Made by a program: the position numbers and the translations under genes. A stretch of 64,000 nucleotides of DNA, taken from an uncultured candidate division Zixibacteria bacterium. GTDB taxonomy: Bacteria > Zixibacteria > MSB-5A5 > UBA10806 > 4484-95. The notes under the pieces are model-generated. The model was given only the letters and a program-made list of their open reading frames with translations, was not told the origin of the DNA and ran no database searches. This document shows, in pieces, positions 41,754 through 51,475 of the stretch; position 1 is the first letter of the stretch, and every line of letters begins with the position of its first letter. The stretch is taken from contig CAXXKA010000005.1 in assembly GCA_963668625.2 (NCBI GenBank), forward strand, positions 160,001 through 224,000, given 5' to 3'.

Positions 41754-42596
41754 ATGATTGAATATATCGGTGGCGCCGGGGTATATATCTTTGGATGGTA
41801 TGTTTATTGGCGCGCTAATCTCAAATGTGAAAGGCCGCCGATACTGGCGTTTCATGGTGTGAGCGATAGTTTCGAGCTATCGATAACCCGAAACAGCATA
41901 AAGGGATTTGCTAGGATAATGGATTATCTTTCACTATCAGGCAAAACAGGCTGCGACCTTTCGGGGATTAACGAACCTGATCATGTAGCACTTACTTTCG
42001 ATGACGGCTTTCAGGATTTTTACGATAACGCATATCCGATATTAGATGATTATGAATTCGAGGCTACCGTATTTTTAGTCTCCGACTATATCGGCAAACG
42101 AAGCGATTGGGACTACCAGAGTAAAAAACATATGAGTCGCGAGATGATAAAAGAGCTGTCCGATGCTGGTATCGAATTCGGTAGTCATGGTAAAACGCAT
42201 GTAGATTTGCGAGCGCTGGATGACGATCACCTGCATGAGGAGCTCGAGGGATCGAAAAAAGCGATAGAGGATTTGCTGGGAAAACCCGTGAAATATTTCT
42301 CTTATCCCTTCGGGCGTTTCGATAATCGCGTTATCGAGATGGTAAAGCAGGCGGGTTACGAGAAGGCGGTCTCGCTCTGCACGGGCGCTGATCAGTTCAG
42401 CTTACCCCGTCACGCGGTTTATTTATACGACACACCATACTCGATTGATCGTAAACTCGTGAAACAATCATGGCCCGATATCTGTAAAGACTATATGAAT
42501 AACAAGCTCGCCGGCGGCACAATCGCCTTGAAAAAAATAATCCCGGCAAAGGAAGGGGAGGATGATGAGAAATCTATTAATAAAGCTTCTGTTTAG
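41754..42596 (+). CDS. Polysaccharide deacetylase (CE4/NodB)
   Basis: LTFDDG, GSHGKTH and YPFG motifs. Confidence 0.88.
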   Translation: MIEYIGGAGVYIFGWYVYWRANLKCERPPILAFHGVSDSFELSITRNSIKGFARIMDYLSLSGKTGCDLSGINEPDHVALTFDDGFQDFYDNAYPILDDYEFEATVFLVSDYIGKRSDWDYQSKKHMSREMIKELSDAGIEFGSHGKTHVDLRALDDDHLHEELEGSKKAIEDLLGKPVKYFSYPFGRFDNRVIEMVKQAGYEKAVSLCTGADQFSLPRHAVYLYDTPYSIDRKLVKQSWPDICKDYMNNKLAGGTIALKKIIPAKEGEDDEKSINKASV

Positions 42597-42909
42597 CAGC
42601 ATAGCGATAATTTTAGTAGCCAAGCTTCTACCCGGAATCGAGGTAACCTCGGCGCTGGGGCTGATAGCGGCGGTGGTAATACTCGGCCTATTAAACGTAT
42701 TCTTAAAACCCCTGATGGTGATACTCACGTTACCTTTCACGCTGGTGACATTCGGCCTGTTCCTGTTCGTGATAAACGGCCTGTTGTTGTATCTGACCGC
42801 CGCCATCGTGGATGGTTTCGCGATAGCCAATATCTGGGTCGCGATATTGGCCTCGATCCTGATCTCGATAGTAACCACGATAGTAAACTGGCTGGCTAAG
42901 GGGCATTAG
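42562..42909 (+). CDS. YvlD-like 4-TM membrane protein (annotated as phage holin family)
   Basis: LLNVFLKPL..LTLPFTLVTFGLFLFVING motif. Confidence 0.85.
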   Translation: MMRNLLIKLLFSSIAIILVAKLLPGIEVTSALGLIAAVVILGLLNVFLKPLMVILTLPFTLVTFGLFLFVINGLLLYLTAAIVDGFAIANIWVAILASILISIVTTIVNWLAKGH

Positions 42910-42934
42910 AACAACCCTGTCATTCCCTGTTTTC

Positions 42935-43068
42935 GGAGTTGTTGAAAAAACTCCCTGAGGTGTAAAGAATCCTTTCCCGGCACCTGGATTCATGCAGTAT
43001 TTCGTCAGAAAAGGATTTTTAACGACTCGTGTGACTGCCCAACTGCTAACTGATCTATTCAACAGCCA
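42935..43068. mobile_element. MITE-like element, copy 2 (inverted, degenerate right end)
   Basis: Left end GGAGTTGTTGAAAAA; core CTGAGGTGTAAAGAATCCTTTCCCGGCACCTG...GAAAAGGATT matches the reverse complement of 30070-30197; preceded by GTCATTCCCTGT-TTTC. Confidence 0.65.
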
Positions 43069-43081
43069 TATAAAGCAGCAT

Positions 43082-43110
43082 GTCATCCCTGACCCCGATC
43101 AGGGATCCAG
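43082..43110. repeat. GTCAT(T/C)CC-type REP palindrome
   Basis: GTC-ATCCCTGA-CCCCGA-TCAGGGAT-CCAG with a perfect 8-bp stem. Confidence 0.6.
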
Positions 43111-43264
43111 TATTGGGGCGGGGAGAGGTCAGGACAAAGGACTCGAACCGCGAAAACGAAGAGCGCGTGCGGTGAGGGGATGCCCCATTCCATGGCAAAG
43201 CCTGGGGTGGGATCGCCTGATAAGGCACTCAGCCCCAAAATCCAACAGTCAAACGACTTTAGTC

Positions 43265-43293
43265 TTGATTTCCATGTCAAAAAAGAATATAGT
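43265..43293 (+). promoter_or_regulatory. Putative sigma70 promoter for tRNA-Arg
   Basis: TTGATT, 17-nt spacer, TATAGT. Confidence 0.5.
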
Positions 43294-43320
43294 TGGGATG
43301 CCGAGAAGTTTTGGTTAACC

Positions 43321-43442
43321 GCGAGTAGGTCAAAACCCTGCGTTTTTGACGATCGTTAAAAACGAAATCCGCTCAGGCGGATGGTTTTAACAAGCGCGGC
43401 AAGAAAATAATATCCTGCCCCCGTAGCTCAGTAGGATAGAGC
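43321..43442 (+). repeat. Direct repeat copy 1: GTAG-REP doublet plus 5' 26 nt of tRNA-Arg
   Basis: Aligns end to end with 43986-44108. Confidence 0.85.
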
Positions 43443-43490
43443 GTCGGTTTCCTAAACCGCAGGCCACAGGTTCGAATCCTGTCGGGGGTA
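43417..43490 (+). tRNA. tRNA-Arg (anticodon CCT), CCA not encoded
   Basis: Cloverleaf: acceptor GCCCCCG/CGGGGGT, D arm GCTC/GAGC, anticodon loop TTCCTAA, T arm ACAGG-TTCGAAT-CCTGT. Confidence 0.95.
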
Positions 43491-43540
43491 TTTATCCAAA
43501 CCATATTCATAATTGAAAAGAAAATGAGAAGTAAGATGTA

Positions 43541-43963
43541 ATGAAAACGATACTATCTATAATGATTATCCTTTTGACCCTAAATTGCGGAGTAGAATTA
43601 TCTGATACAAAAGTAAAGGTAATCCCCAGAGAGGAATTAGTCCCTGTAGTACCTATGCCTGATGATAGCATACCGGCTGATGATGCTTTTGTTAAATATG
43701 ATACCGCTCCCAGAAAAATCTCTCAACCTGAATATATTTGCCCTTATGGTGCTGAGAACAACAAAATAGAAAGTAGAATATTTGTAAAAGTGCTTATAGA
43801 TACTCAAGGTAATGTCAGGGATGTCAAAATCGTGAAAAGCGATGGCGTTGCCGAATGCGAGGAAGCGGCTGAGTTAATCGCTTATCAAACGAAATGGGAA
43901 CCAGCCTCACTTGATGGCAAACCAGTTGTTGTTTGGGTGATATTTAAAATGGTATTCAATTAA
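43541..43963 (+). CDS. Small exported TonB C-terminal-domain protein (possible lipoprotein)
   Basis: Signal peptide ending TLNC; P.Y..P...VKVLIDTQGNV...WEPASLDGKPV TonB_C pattern. Confidence 0.75.
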   Translation: MKTILSIMIILLTLNCGVELSDTKVKVIPREELVPVVPMPDDSIPADDAFVKYDTAPRKISQPEYICPYGAENNKIESRIFVKVLIDTQGNVRDVKIVKSDGVAECEEAAELIAYQTKWEPASLDGKPVVVWVIFKMVFN

Positions 43964-43985
43964 TTAAAACTGGTTAGTAATGAAA

Positions 43986-44108
43986 GCGAGTAGATCAAAA
44001 CCCCTGCGGTTTTGACGATCGTTTTAAACAAAATCCGTCTGGCCGGATGTTTTTGACGAGCGCGGCGAGAAAATAATATTCTGCCCCCGTAGCTCAGTAG
44101 GATAGAGC
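43986..44108 (+). repeat. Direct repeat copy 2 ending in a truncated tRNA-Arg 5' fragment (44083-44108)
   Basis: GCCCCCGTAGCTCAGTAGGATAGAGC is identical to the tRNA 5' end; the upstream REP doublet is diverged. Confidence 0.85.
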
Positions 44109-44337
44109 CTAAAACAAGCAATAGAGGCAATAGAATTACATTATTTTTTAAAAGCACAGAATTGAAAATCTTAAGTCTTTCCAAGCAACAACATGGTTAA
44201 CATTTATCTCCCATTCCCCAAAACGTTCACCCAATATCCACATTCCATCATAAATCCTTAATTATCCACGGATTTCAGCCGAAAATAATACTATGGTGAT
44301 ATGGTAATCTCTAACTGATGAAATACGGGGTAGCAAC

Positions 44338-45330
44338 GTGAAATCTAAATTATTAATAATATTGATAATAGCAACGATAATATCATCGTTGGCGATACTT
44401 AACTGCAGCAAGGATCCGCTGCAAACAACCGAAAACCATCTATACCTTGTCAACACCTATGATACGCCCGGCAGCGCCAACGCCGTGCATGTCACCGATT
44501 TCTACATGTATATCGCCGATGGTTACGATGGCGGCTTGCAGGTGGTGGATATCACCAATATAGACAGCCTTCTGTTAGCCGGAGATCTGGATACCCCCGG
44601 CAATGCTCTCGATATAACCATAACCGGCGAGAATGCCTTTATCGCCGATAACGAGGCCGGTTTGCAGATGGTCAATATCTCCAACCCGACCGTACCGGCT
44701 CTGGCAGGCGAGTTTGCCACCTCCGATCGGGCAATTGGCTTATTCGCTTATGGTAATTATGCTTATATCGCCAACAATGATGATGGCTTGCAGGTTATCG
44801 ATATCACCAGCCCGGCCAGCCTCGAGACAGCCGGCAGCTTTATCACCAGCAACAAGGCTTTCGATGTTTACGTAGCGGGAAACTTTGTCACCGGGCAATA
44901 TGCCTATGTCGCCGCCGACTACTCCGGGCTCCAAATTATCGATCTGGATGATCTGGATAACCTGGTGTTGGCCGGGTTCTATAACACTCCCGGGCGTGCC
45001 CTGGATGTTGTCATCTCCGGCAATTACGCTTACGTGGCCGACTACACCTCGGGCCTGATTATCCTCGATATCTCTCTGCCAAATAATGTCGAGTTGGTCG
45101 GCACCTGCGACACAGAGGACCAGGCATTCGGCGTATTCGTGAAAGGCGATCTGGCCCTGGTAGCCGACTACACGGCCGGCGTGCATATCATCGATATCAG
45201 CGATAAAACAAATCCGCAGATTATCGACACCTACGACACCCCCGGTTACGCCACGGATGTTTTCGTGAAAGATAATTACGTATTCGTAGCTGATGGTGTA
45301 GAGGGTGTAGTGATCTTAGAGATTCACTAG
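44338..45330 (+). CDS. LVIVD-repeat beta-propeller lipoprotein
   Basis: Lipobox-like ILNC; about 7 repeats of TPG.A.DV...YAYVAD...GLQIID. Confidence 0.85.
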   Translation: MKSKLLIILIIATIISSLAILNCSKDPLQTTENHLYLVNTYDTPGSANAVHVTDFYMYIADGYDGGLQVVDITNIDSLLLAGDLDTPGNALDITITGENAFIADNEAGLQMVNISNPTVPALAGEFATSDRAIGLFAYGNYAYIANNDDGLQVIDITSPASLETAGSFITSNKAFDVYVAGNFVTGQYAYVAADYSGLQIIDLDDLDNLVLAGFYNTPGRALDVVISGNYAYVADYTSGLIILDISLPNNVELVGTCDTEDQAFGVFVKGDLALVADYTAGVHIIDISDKTNPQIIDTYDTPGYATDVFVKDNYVFVADGVEGVVILEIH

Positions 45331-45393
45331 ATGATATCCGAATTAATTTTCATTCGCTTTACAAATCATATCGTTTAGAACTATAATCGGACT

Positions 45394-46659
45394 ATGAGCT
45401 TTTTTAATATAATAGCGATATTCATAACGATCGCCGCTCTCGCCTCATTTATCAATTATCGCTATATCAAGCTGCCATCGACAATCGGCTTGATGGTGAT
45501 CGGGCTTTTATGCTCGCTGGTGTTGATAGCCCTTAACGAGCTGGGATTGGATATCGAATCCGGCGCAGTCGGATTGCTTCGGTCTATCGATTTCTCCGAG
45601 GCGCTGATGAACGGAATGTTAAGTTTCCTGCTGTTCGCCGGCGCTCTTAAAATCAATTTGAACGATCTGGCTAACCGTAAATATATTGTCAGCACCCTGG
45701 CGACATTCGGGGTAGTTGCTACTACCTTCATCGTGGGGATTGGCCTGTACTACATACTGCCTCTTCTGGGGCTATCGATGTCATTTGCCTGGTGCCTGGT
45801 TTTCGGAGCGCTTATCGCGCCAACCGACCCGGTAGCGGTGTTATCCATACTAAAATCTATCAAAGCACCTCGCTCGCTGGAGATCAAGATAGCGGGGGAA
45901 TCGCTTTTCAACGATGGCGTCGGCGTGGTGGTATTTATAGTCATGCTGGGAATAGCATCCGGCGGGCATGCAACCGGAGTAGGGGATATACTGATACTTT
46001 TCGCGCAGGAGGCGATTGGCGGCGCGCTATTCGGTATCGTGATAGGTTGGCTCGGATACCTTCTCCTTAAGCGCGTGGATGAGTTCACTGTCGAAATCAT
46101 GCTAACCCTGGCGATGGTTTGCGGCGGTTATGCCATGGCCTCATGGCTTCACCTCTCCGGTCCGATAGCTATCGTGGTAGCGGGATTACTGGTAGGCAAC
46201 TATGGCAGGAATTTCGCCATGAGCGAAACCACCCGAGGACATCTGGACCATTTTTGGGAGCTTATCGATGAAATTTTAAATGCCGTTTTGTTTATCTGGA
46301 TGGGACTGGAAGTGCTTATTGTAGAGTTTAGCTCGACGTTCTTGATTATCGGCCTTATCGCTATTCCTCTGGTGCTAATCGCCAGATTCCTGAGTGTCTC
46401 CTCGGCAATATCCGTGCTTAAATTCAAGCGATCGTTCACCAAACACGCTATAACGATACTAACCTGGGGCGGCCTACGCGGCGGAATATCAATCGCGCTG
46501 GCCCTATCCCTACCGCCCGGAAAATCCAGAGATTTAATCGTATCGATAACATATGTGGTGGTCGTGTTCTCTATTCTGGTACAAGGATTATCGATAAAAA
46601 GCATGATTAACAGGCTAATCTCCCAGCCCGAGCTACCCCTTGATGAGCAGGACGATTAA
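45394..46659 (+). CDS. Na+/H+ antiporter, CPA1 (NhaP-like)
   Basis: [18 protein letters not shown] and WGGLRG motifs. Confidence 0.92.
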   Translation: MSFFNIIAIFITIAALASFINYRYIKLPSTIGLMVIGLLCSLVLIALNELGLDIESGAVGLLRSIDFSEALMNGMLSFLLFAGALKINLNDLANRKYIVSTLATFGVVATTFIVGIGLYYILPLLGLSMSFAWCLVFGALIAPTDPVAVLSILKSIKAPRSLEIKIAGESLFNDGVGVVVFIVMLGIASGGHATGVGDILILFAQEAIGGALFGIVIGWLGYLLLKRVDEFTVEIMLTLAMVCGGYAMASWLHLSGPIAIVVAGLLVGNYGRNFAMSETTRGHLDHFWELIDEILNAVLFIWMGLEVLIVEFSSTFLIIGLIAIPLVLIARFLSVSSAISVLKFKRSFTKHAITILTWGGLRGGISIALALSLPPGKSRDLIVSITYVVVVFSILVQGLSIKSMINRLISQPELPLDEQDD

Positions 46660-47119
46660 TATTGCGTTCCTAATCAGTGAATACGATTCAATTAAAAGTA
46701 ATATATATTTAATATTCCATCATGTCTAAAGTAAATATATAAGGATAAAAGCTATTATAAAACCGTAATGTTTTTTACGAAATAGTCTTAAGCTCCATAT
46801 AATATTACAATCATGAATCGAGAGCCTAAAATAGAAATAATTCTAAGAGGTTTATTGCGGATAATAAACCAATATTGCAGAGCTCGAGGTACCTCTCTAC
46901 TTATATCGATAACGGAATAAAACGCAGCTATAATTGTATTGGATATGGAAATGTAACAGCCCATCTGATGAGGTTTTAGCTGATAATAAAATTATGCTAA
47001 AAATGCTTGCACACATTGGGCAGTTTGATTAAATTAAGCAAGTTTTGTCAGTTGGGGCAGTGTTGGTAGTTAGAAATTGTGTTTGCCTGGTTAGGCAGTT
47101 TAGAATTTGGGAGGATTAG

Positions 47120-48541
47120 ATGAAAAAGGCTTTATGTGTTGTTGCTGCTCTTATGATGGCGGCGAGTTTCGCGCATGCTCAGACTGTTGATTTCGGTTGG
47201 TATGGTCTGGATAATATCTATGGTATGAATGGTTTCTATAACTTTAATACATCAGGCCAGAGCGCCAGGTCTATGGGTATGGGCGGTTTGTATTACACCA
47301 TGGATAACGAGGGTTACTCATCCTATTTGAACCCAGCCGGTATGGTCTATACACAAAAAGCTTTAATGTCGATTGGATTTTTATCCAGCATGGATGTTCA
47401 CGAAGGAGCTCCTTTACATATTAATACTCCAGATTTTTATGATCCGGAAACGGATTATGACTTCGTCAGAAATATTAATGATTTCGACAGGGAAAGAAAC
47501 CAGATAGATAACGGCGGAGCGGTCGCGCCATTTTATTATTTTGATAGAGAATGGTGGGTTGGCCTGGGATTTCACAAATCATATGATCTTTTTTCGGAAT
47601 ATAAAATGCCGAAGTATTTAGATGGTGACCGGGCGGTATATACTCAACATGGTAGTATAGATATCGTAAACGCGGGCATTGCAACACGACTTATTCCGCA
47701 GTTGAGTTTTGGCGTTAATATGAATGTTTATGTTAGAGGTTACACGGCTGACTTATACAATGCCACACCTTATCGAGACGATTATGGCGACACATTATTT
47801 ACCAGTGGTCACTATAGAGATAAATCCAAGTTCAGTGGAACTAATTTCGATTTTGGCGCTATTCTGGATATGGATATGTTCCGAGTCGCGTTAAATATAT
47901 CCACCTCACTTACACTGACACAGGAAGCAACGATAACCAATGAAGTCATTCAACAAAATGGTTTACCCAACGGTGTAATCGATCGTATCACTGCTACCAA
48001 TAAATTCCCGATGTGCTACGGCGGCGGTATCGCTTTCACTCCCAACGAACAACTTACGGTTGGATTTGACCTAACAATGAAACCTTTCTCAAAGTATAAA
48101 ATCGATATCGATCCTCAGCAAAACGCATACACTGATTTGACTGATTACGATCCGGAATGGGAGGATTTAACTCAATTCCGATTCGGCGCCGAATATATTC
48201 TCGATTTTACCTCATTCGATATACCCCTTCGCGCCGGATTCCAGAATATACCAGGAGTGATGAAAGCCGAAACTTTTTACGCCCATCTTGACACTTCGAA
48301 TGGTAGTGTCGTCCATGATTCAACCGTTATAGGAGATCAGTTTAATACCAATATTTTCACTATCGGAACTGGATTGAAATTAGAGAAGATATGGTTCGAT
48401 ATTGCCTACCAATTCGGCTCCTCCGATACTGAGCAAGGTTTCGAAATAGATAAACCACTACCGGCAACAGACGATGTATTCGATTACAGTAATAAATACG
48501 CTTACTCGAGAATATACATCTCAGCCAGTATGTTGTTCTAG
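47120..48541 (+). CDS. FadL/PorV-like outer-membrane beta-barrel
   Basis: Signal peptide, SARSMGMGG...YLNPAG motif, terminal Phe. Confidence 0.75.
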   Translation: MKKALCVVAALMMAASFAHAQTVDFGWYGLDNIYGMNGFYNFNTSGQSARSMGMGGLYYTMDNEGYSSYLNPAGMVYTQKALMSIGFLSSMDVHEGAPLHINTPDFYDPETDYDFVRNINDFDRERNQIDNGGAVAPFYYFDREWWVGLGFHKSYDLFSEYKMPKYLDGDRAVYTQHGSIDIVNAGIATRLIPQLSFGVNMNVYVRGYTADLYNATPYRDDYGDTLFTSGHYRDKSKFSGTNFDFGAILDMDMFRVALNISTSLTLTQEATITNEVIQQNGLPNGVIDRITATNKFPMCYGGGIAFTPNEQLTVGFDLTMKPFSKYKIDIDPQQNAYTDLTDYDPEWEDLTQFRFGAEYILDFTSFDIPLRAGFQNIPGVMKAETFYAHLDTSNGSVVHDSTVIGDQFNTNIFTIGTGLKLEKIWFDIAYQFGSSDTEQGFEIDKPLPATDDVFDYSNKYAYSRIYISASMLF

Positions 48542-48563
48542 TAATTATCGATAGAAATTATAA

Positions 48564-48597
48564 AGGCGTCGGTGATTCGTTCACCGACGCTTTTTTT
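48564..48597 (+). terminator. Intrinsic terminator
   Basis: GCGTCGGTGA/TCACCGACGC stem followed by T7. Confidence 0.85.
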
Positions 48598-48657
48598 ATA
48601 TTTAGAGCCACAGGTTCACCCGATGTTTCCGTTTGAGGCGAAGCGATATTATCTTTT

Positions 48658-48790
48658 CTTGTTTCCAAACTCCGATTTGGGAACAGATGTACTCGAGAAA
48701 CTTAGTTTCATTTTGATTCGACTATAGATAGAATGTCAATACGAGATTGCTAAAACACGGTGGGTTACAAAATCGGAGATTTGTAACCAG
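48658..48790. repeat. CGTT(C)-type REP doublet (REPIN-like)
   Basis: CTTGTTTCCAAACTCCGATTTGGGAAC ... GGTTACAAAATCGGAGATTTGTAACCAG; the two loops CTCCGAT and ATCGGAG are reverse complements. Confidence 0.6.
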
Positions 48791-48816
48791 TTGTAGCCGG
48801 CTTAAGTCGGCAAGAT

Positions 48817-48844
48817 AAAAACCACCGGCCTTGCGACCGGTGGT
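48817..48844 (-). terminator. Intrinsic terminator of the minus-strand CTD gene
   Basis: ACCACCGG/CCGGTGGT stem with an A-run on the left. Confidence 0.7.
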
Positions 48845-48877
48845 AATTTACTTCTACAAATCAAGCGGGAAGAGGAC

Positions 48878-51082
48878 TTATTTCAGCAACAGCATCTTCT
48901 TTGCTTGCGAGTAGTTGGGGGTAGTCAGCTTGTAGAAATAATAACCGCTGCTGACAGTATTACCGGCAGTGTTCTTGCCGTTCCATACAACCTGATGTTC
49001 ACCCGCGGGCAGCATATCGCTAACCAGCGAGTTCACCTTACGACCGAGTATATCGTAAATATCGAGCTGCACCATCTCCTGCTCGACTATGCTGAATTGG
49101 ATCGTAGTAGTGGCGTTGAATGGGTTGGGGAAGTTGTGGGAGAGGTTGTAGGCGAGGGGACGAACGTCTGCCAAAGCTTCTTTAGCGCTATATCCAACAA
49201 TTACACCTTGAATGCCTGTCATTGGTCTTGTTGCATATCCTCCGGAAGTCTTAGCAAAATGGCCTCGAGTATCAACCACGCCACCATCTGGATATTTACT
49301 TTTGAATATAACATTAAAAAGTTCACCCGTATAGTCAACTGAACCTGGAGACGAGATAACACCTACTGCGTTGATTATATCCCATTCATCAACAGTATAT
49401 GACCAACTTATCAAGCTGTCGTAATCACAACTGAAATTAATACTGTCATCAAAAGTCCATGCTGGAGTTTGTGAAGATACGAGTACTCTAACAGTGTCAA
49501 AAACGTTATTTGTATTTATCCAAGAGAGGTTAATTGGTACTGTAGCATAGAACAATCTATCTTTAGTTACGTAAACAGAATCTAATCCGAGATGTGGTGC
49601 CGGCGATTTTACTGAAACACTTGCTAAATCGAAATATGAAGTATCCTCACAATCCCTCTGGATTTTATCTGAATTTGGAGAGAAGAAATCCCTTACGTAA
49701 GCATTAGTTGAGTAGGCGCTATAAAAAGTAACATTTGAGGTGGCAAAAGCATCATTCATAAAATCAATATCAACATCGAAGCTGACTTTACATATTGTGT
49801 TACTTCCTGGTAAAATGTACTTTCCATTAAGGTCAGTGGTATCAATACTGGTTCCAACTGACCAGTAGTCTCCACTTATAGGACTAGCATAAGCATCGGG
49901 ATGATAAGCTTCCATTTTAGTAGCAGAAATATTAGAGAAATAATCATTTTCAGCAAAGAGAGTAAAGAAATAGCTTTGAGCCCAAAAGGAGTAGTACGTG
50001 CTGATATAGATATCTACATTGCCTGATGTGTCGGCGGTAGCAGGTAATAAGAAAGTCGCACAGGAATAAACCGGGTAGTTAATCGCTCCATTTGCTTTAT
50101 TGATCGAGCTATATCCTAATTCAGCAGTTGCATCTTCGCATTTTACTCTAGGCGAATAGAGATCAACGAATAGAATACTATCAGTTGCCGAAAAACTTGC
50201 TGATGCGTTGTATGAACTATTGTAGTCATGTCCTTCAAGTTCAATTGTACCTAATAATATCCAATCTTCACTTGCGCTGTAATTCGTGGTTGCGTCTATG
50301 ATAACCAGATATCTGCCTCCAATTGGGGGATTGCTATAAATAACATTATCTTCCGGATAGAAATTTTCATAGTCACCTTGTATGTTGATTAAATCACAAG
50401 TTATTTTCACATAGTCGGAAGGAAAATTGGCTTTAAAGTAAACTGGTATATAAATCAAAGTATCCTTAGCGTCATCAGAACCGTCCTTCCCCTGGTATGA
50501 GTAGCCGGTTGCGGTTCCCAGCATGAAAGACGCTTCGCCGTCGATAGTTTTAACCGAGCCACTATCTGGAAATACTTTGCAACTGGAACCGACATTGATC
50601 TTGTATACATTGGCCGAATCACTCGGTTGAATCAATTTGGTCGTATTAAATGCAACCGTATCATCAACATCAAAAACAAGCGTAGCAAGATATCTATTAT
50701 CACCGATTGCCACATACCCGCTGTCTGTGAATTGTATCTCAATATGATTTGCAGATGGGTACCAAGCGATAGAGCTATTCTGCCATTCAGTACCGCTTGT
50801 ATCGAGTGTATTGAAAGATAGACCAGTATCGTAATCTAATTCTAACGTTAGATGTTTAATAGTATCTTCAACGCTTATCTCTATCGGAACTTCTACTTGA
50901 GTACCAGGTATCTCATCTTCAATATCAGCTATTGTTATGTCGCAACCAAATGTACAAAGCACGCATATCACATCCTGCTCGCCAACCTGATCAACAGTTT
51001 GAAACTGATCTGCAACTGCGAACGAATCTAATAATAGCATCGCTAACAGGGCTATCATAAATCTCATCGAATTAGCCTTCAT
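48878..51082 (-). CDS. Secreted multi-domain (cohesin-like modules) protein with C-terminal sorting domain
   Basis: Signal peptide; PGTQVEVPIEI...LELDYD...LATLVFDV cohesin-like pattern; NFPNPFN...SSGYYFYKL...KKMLLLK tail. Confidence 0.75.
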   Translation of the reverse strand: MKANSMRFMIALLAMLLLDSFAVADQFQTVDQVGEQDVICVLCTFGCDITIADIEDEIPGTQVEVPIEISVEDTIKHLTLELDYDTGLSFNTLDTSGTEWQNSSIAWYPSANHIEIQFTDSGYVAIGDNRYLATLVFDVDDTVAFNTTKLIQPSDSANVYKINVGSSCKVFPDSGSVKTIDGEASFMLGTATGYSYQGKDGSDDAKDTLIYIPVYFKANFPSDYVKITCDLINIQGDYENFYPEDNVIYSNPPIGGRYLVIIDATTNYSASEDWILLGTIELEGHDYNSSYNASASFSATDSILFVDLYSPRVKCEDATAELGYSSINKANGAINYPVYSCATFLLPATADTSGNVDIYISTYYSFWAQSYFFTLFAENDYFSNISATKMEAYHPDAYASPISGDYWSVGTSIDTTDLNGKYILPGSNTICKVSFDVDIDFMNDAFATSNVTFYSAYSTNAYVRDFFSPNSDKIQRDCEDTSYFDLASVSVKSPAPHLGLDSVYVTKDRLFYATVPINLSWINTNNVFDTVRVLVSSQTPAWTFDDSINFSCDYDSLISWSYTVDEWDIINAVGVISSPGSVDYTGELFNVIFKSKYPDGGVVDTRGHFAKTSGGYATRPMTGIQGVIVGYSAKEALADVRPLAYNLSHNFPNPFNATTTIQFSIVEQEMVQLDIYDILGRKVNSLVSDMLPAGEHQVVWNGKNTAGNTVSSGYYFYKLTTPNYSQAKKMLLLK

Positions 51083-51475
51083 GGCTTCCTCCTAAAATGT
51101 TTTAATTATTAATATAGTACAGAATACATTTTAAATTAGATCGCAATAAGGCGGAGACTTATTTCGACAAATATTGAAAATCATTGATTTCCCCAGACAT
51201 GTGGGCAAAATGCCAAAACGTGTTAACATAATTTATATTACCACTTATATTAATTGTCAATAAATAAGTACATTTTATTAAATTTGCTTGTAATCAGATA
51301 GCTGCCTGGCATAAAGAGTTAAAAATTGATTAAGTATATTGACTTAGGCCGAGATTAAAGATATTTTACTCACTTGACTTGAATCGATAGTCATAATTAT
51401 CGGGTAAATGGCGATATCCGATGTATATGAAGTGAAACGAAAAATATCACCAATGTTAGAAAAAGCAGGTTCGAG

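Noticed and set aside
42562-42909. Phage holin as a prophage marker
   Set aside because: This YvlD-like family is a common chromosomal membrane protein, and there is no endolysin or phage context.
43321-44108. Repeat pair as a DGR template/variable repeat
   Set aside because: Mismatches are not restricted to adenines, the repeat is non-coding, and no reverse transcriptase is in the window.
44263-44271. DnaA-box-like TTATCCACG in an AT-rich spacer
   Set aside because: A single imperfect box with no cluster or dnaA context.
51300-51475. T-box leader upstream of leuS
   Set aside because: No T-box consensus (GGTGGNACCGCG) or terminator/antiterminator was found.
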